Shown: positions 63,259 to 64,000 of the stretch, piece after piece
How positions within the stretch are numbered: position 1 is the stretch's first letter
How the letters are laid out: every line of letters begins with the position of its first letter
Assembly (NCBI RefSeq): GCF_009914755.1
Contig: NC_060934.1
Source: the human T2T-CHM13v2.0 reference genome, Homo sapiens
Reading direction: 5' to 3' (one strand)
Length of the DNA: 64,000 nt
Notes under the pieces: generated by a model
Database searches by the model: none
Seen by the model: the letters and a program-made list of their open reading frames with translations, nothing else
What the model was told of the DNA's origin: nothing
Program-made: the position numbers and the translations under genes

Positions 63259-64000
63259 CAGGTCCCAGAATGGACACAGACTGGGGAGCTCCCCAGGGGC
63301 TCCAACTCAGGTCTCCTGGGTCCAGGCTGGGACGCTGGGTCCCCCACCAGCTGTCTGAGACCCCAGGCCTGGCGCCCTAGGGACGTGCCATCTCCATGTC
63401 TGCACTGAGGTCTTTGGGTTTCTGCAAGCTCCCCAGCTGATCAATAAGCTGCTCACAGCTGCAGACAGGCGAGCCCGCATGTTGGGTGGCCCCTGTGGCA
63501 TTTCACTGGAGAAGCATTAATCAGCCCAACCTTTGCATCTGCCAGTGGCCTAGCTTGTGATGTGCTTGGAAAGCCAGGGCTCCCGGCCCGGGTCAGAGAT
63601 GCCGCTGGGGTGCTCATCAGCTGGGGGCACTTGGGTTGAGGGCTTCTATCAACTCCCTCCTGTTACCCACTCTGCAGAGGTCACAGGAGCAGTTGAAGGA
63701 CTCATGGTGCAGGGTCCCCGACAGCCTGGGGAGGAGCTGGTGGTGCCAGGGATGTGGGTGTGGGGACCCCAGGAGACAGGGAGTGAGGCCCTCCTGGATG
63801 CCCACGTTGTTCCTTTCTCCAGCTCGGCCCTCCTTCCCTCATCCCTGCTCCAGGGTCTCCTGAGTCTCACCCACTTCCACACGCGTCTCTGACAAGTGGG
63901 TCCCCACCGCCAGCCTCCCCGAAAACTTCCTCCTGATAACACAGCATCTGATCACTCATCCCAGGGCCCTCCGCAGACTCCAGTCAGGGCCCCCAGACCC

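Overview
GC-rich, repeat-dense primate (human-type) genomic DNA with Alu, L1, L2, MaLR/ERVL LTRs, DNA transposon remnants and more than a dozen tandem repeats. It is neither prokaryotic nor a CRISPR locus. From remembered protein sequences I place it on human subtelomeric 10q26.3. It holds the end of the last intron and the terminal exon of PWWP2B (2649-~3450, +), and the three-exon C10orf91/LINC02870 locus, whose spliced ORF (31909-34720) gives exactly 145 aa. Nearly all ORFs in the supplied track are artefacts of GC-rich or repetitive DNA. The most unusual structures are two pairs of non-transposon inverted repeats. The first is a 165-bp pair (161/165 identical; 31398-31562 and 32713-32877) bracketing the first two C10orf91 exons. 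That geometry could allow a flippable micro-inversion or back-splicing into a 273-nt circle whose reading frame has no stop codon. The second is a 60-bp pair (57/60 identical; 4419-4478 and 5937-5996) bracketing a G-rich VNTR just downstream of the PWWP2B polyA site. Several VNTRs multiply transcription-factor motifs (NF-Y CCAAT, MAZ-like, GGAATG). Gene names and repeat subfamilies are from memory and need BLAT/RepeatMasker confirmation; all functional ideas are inference.
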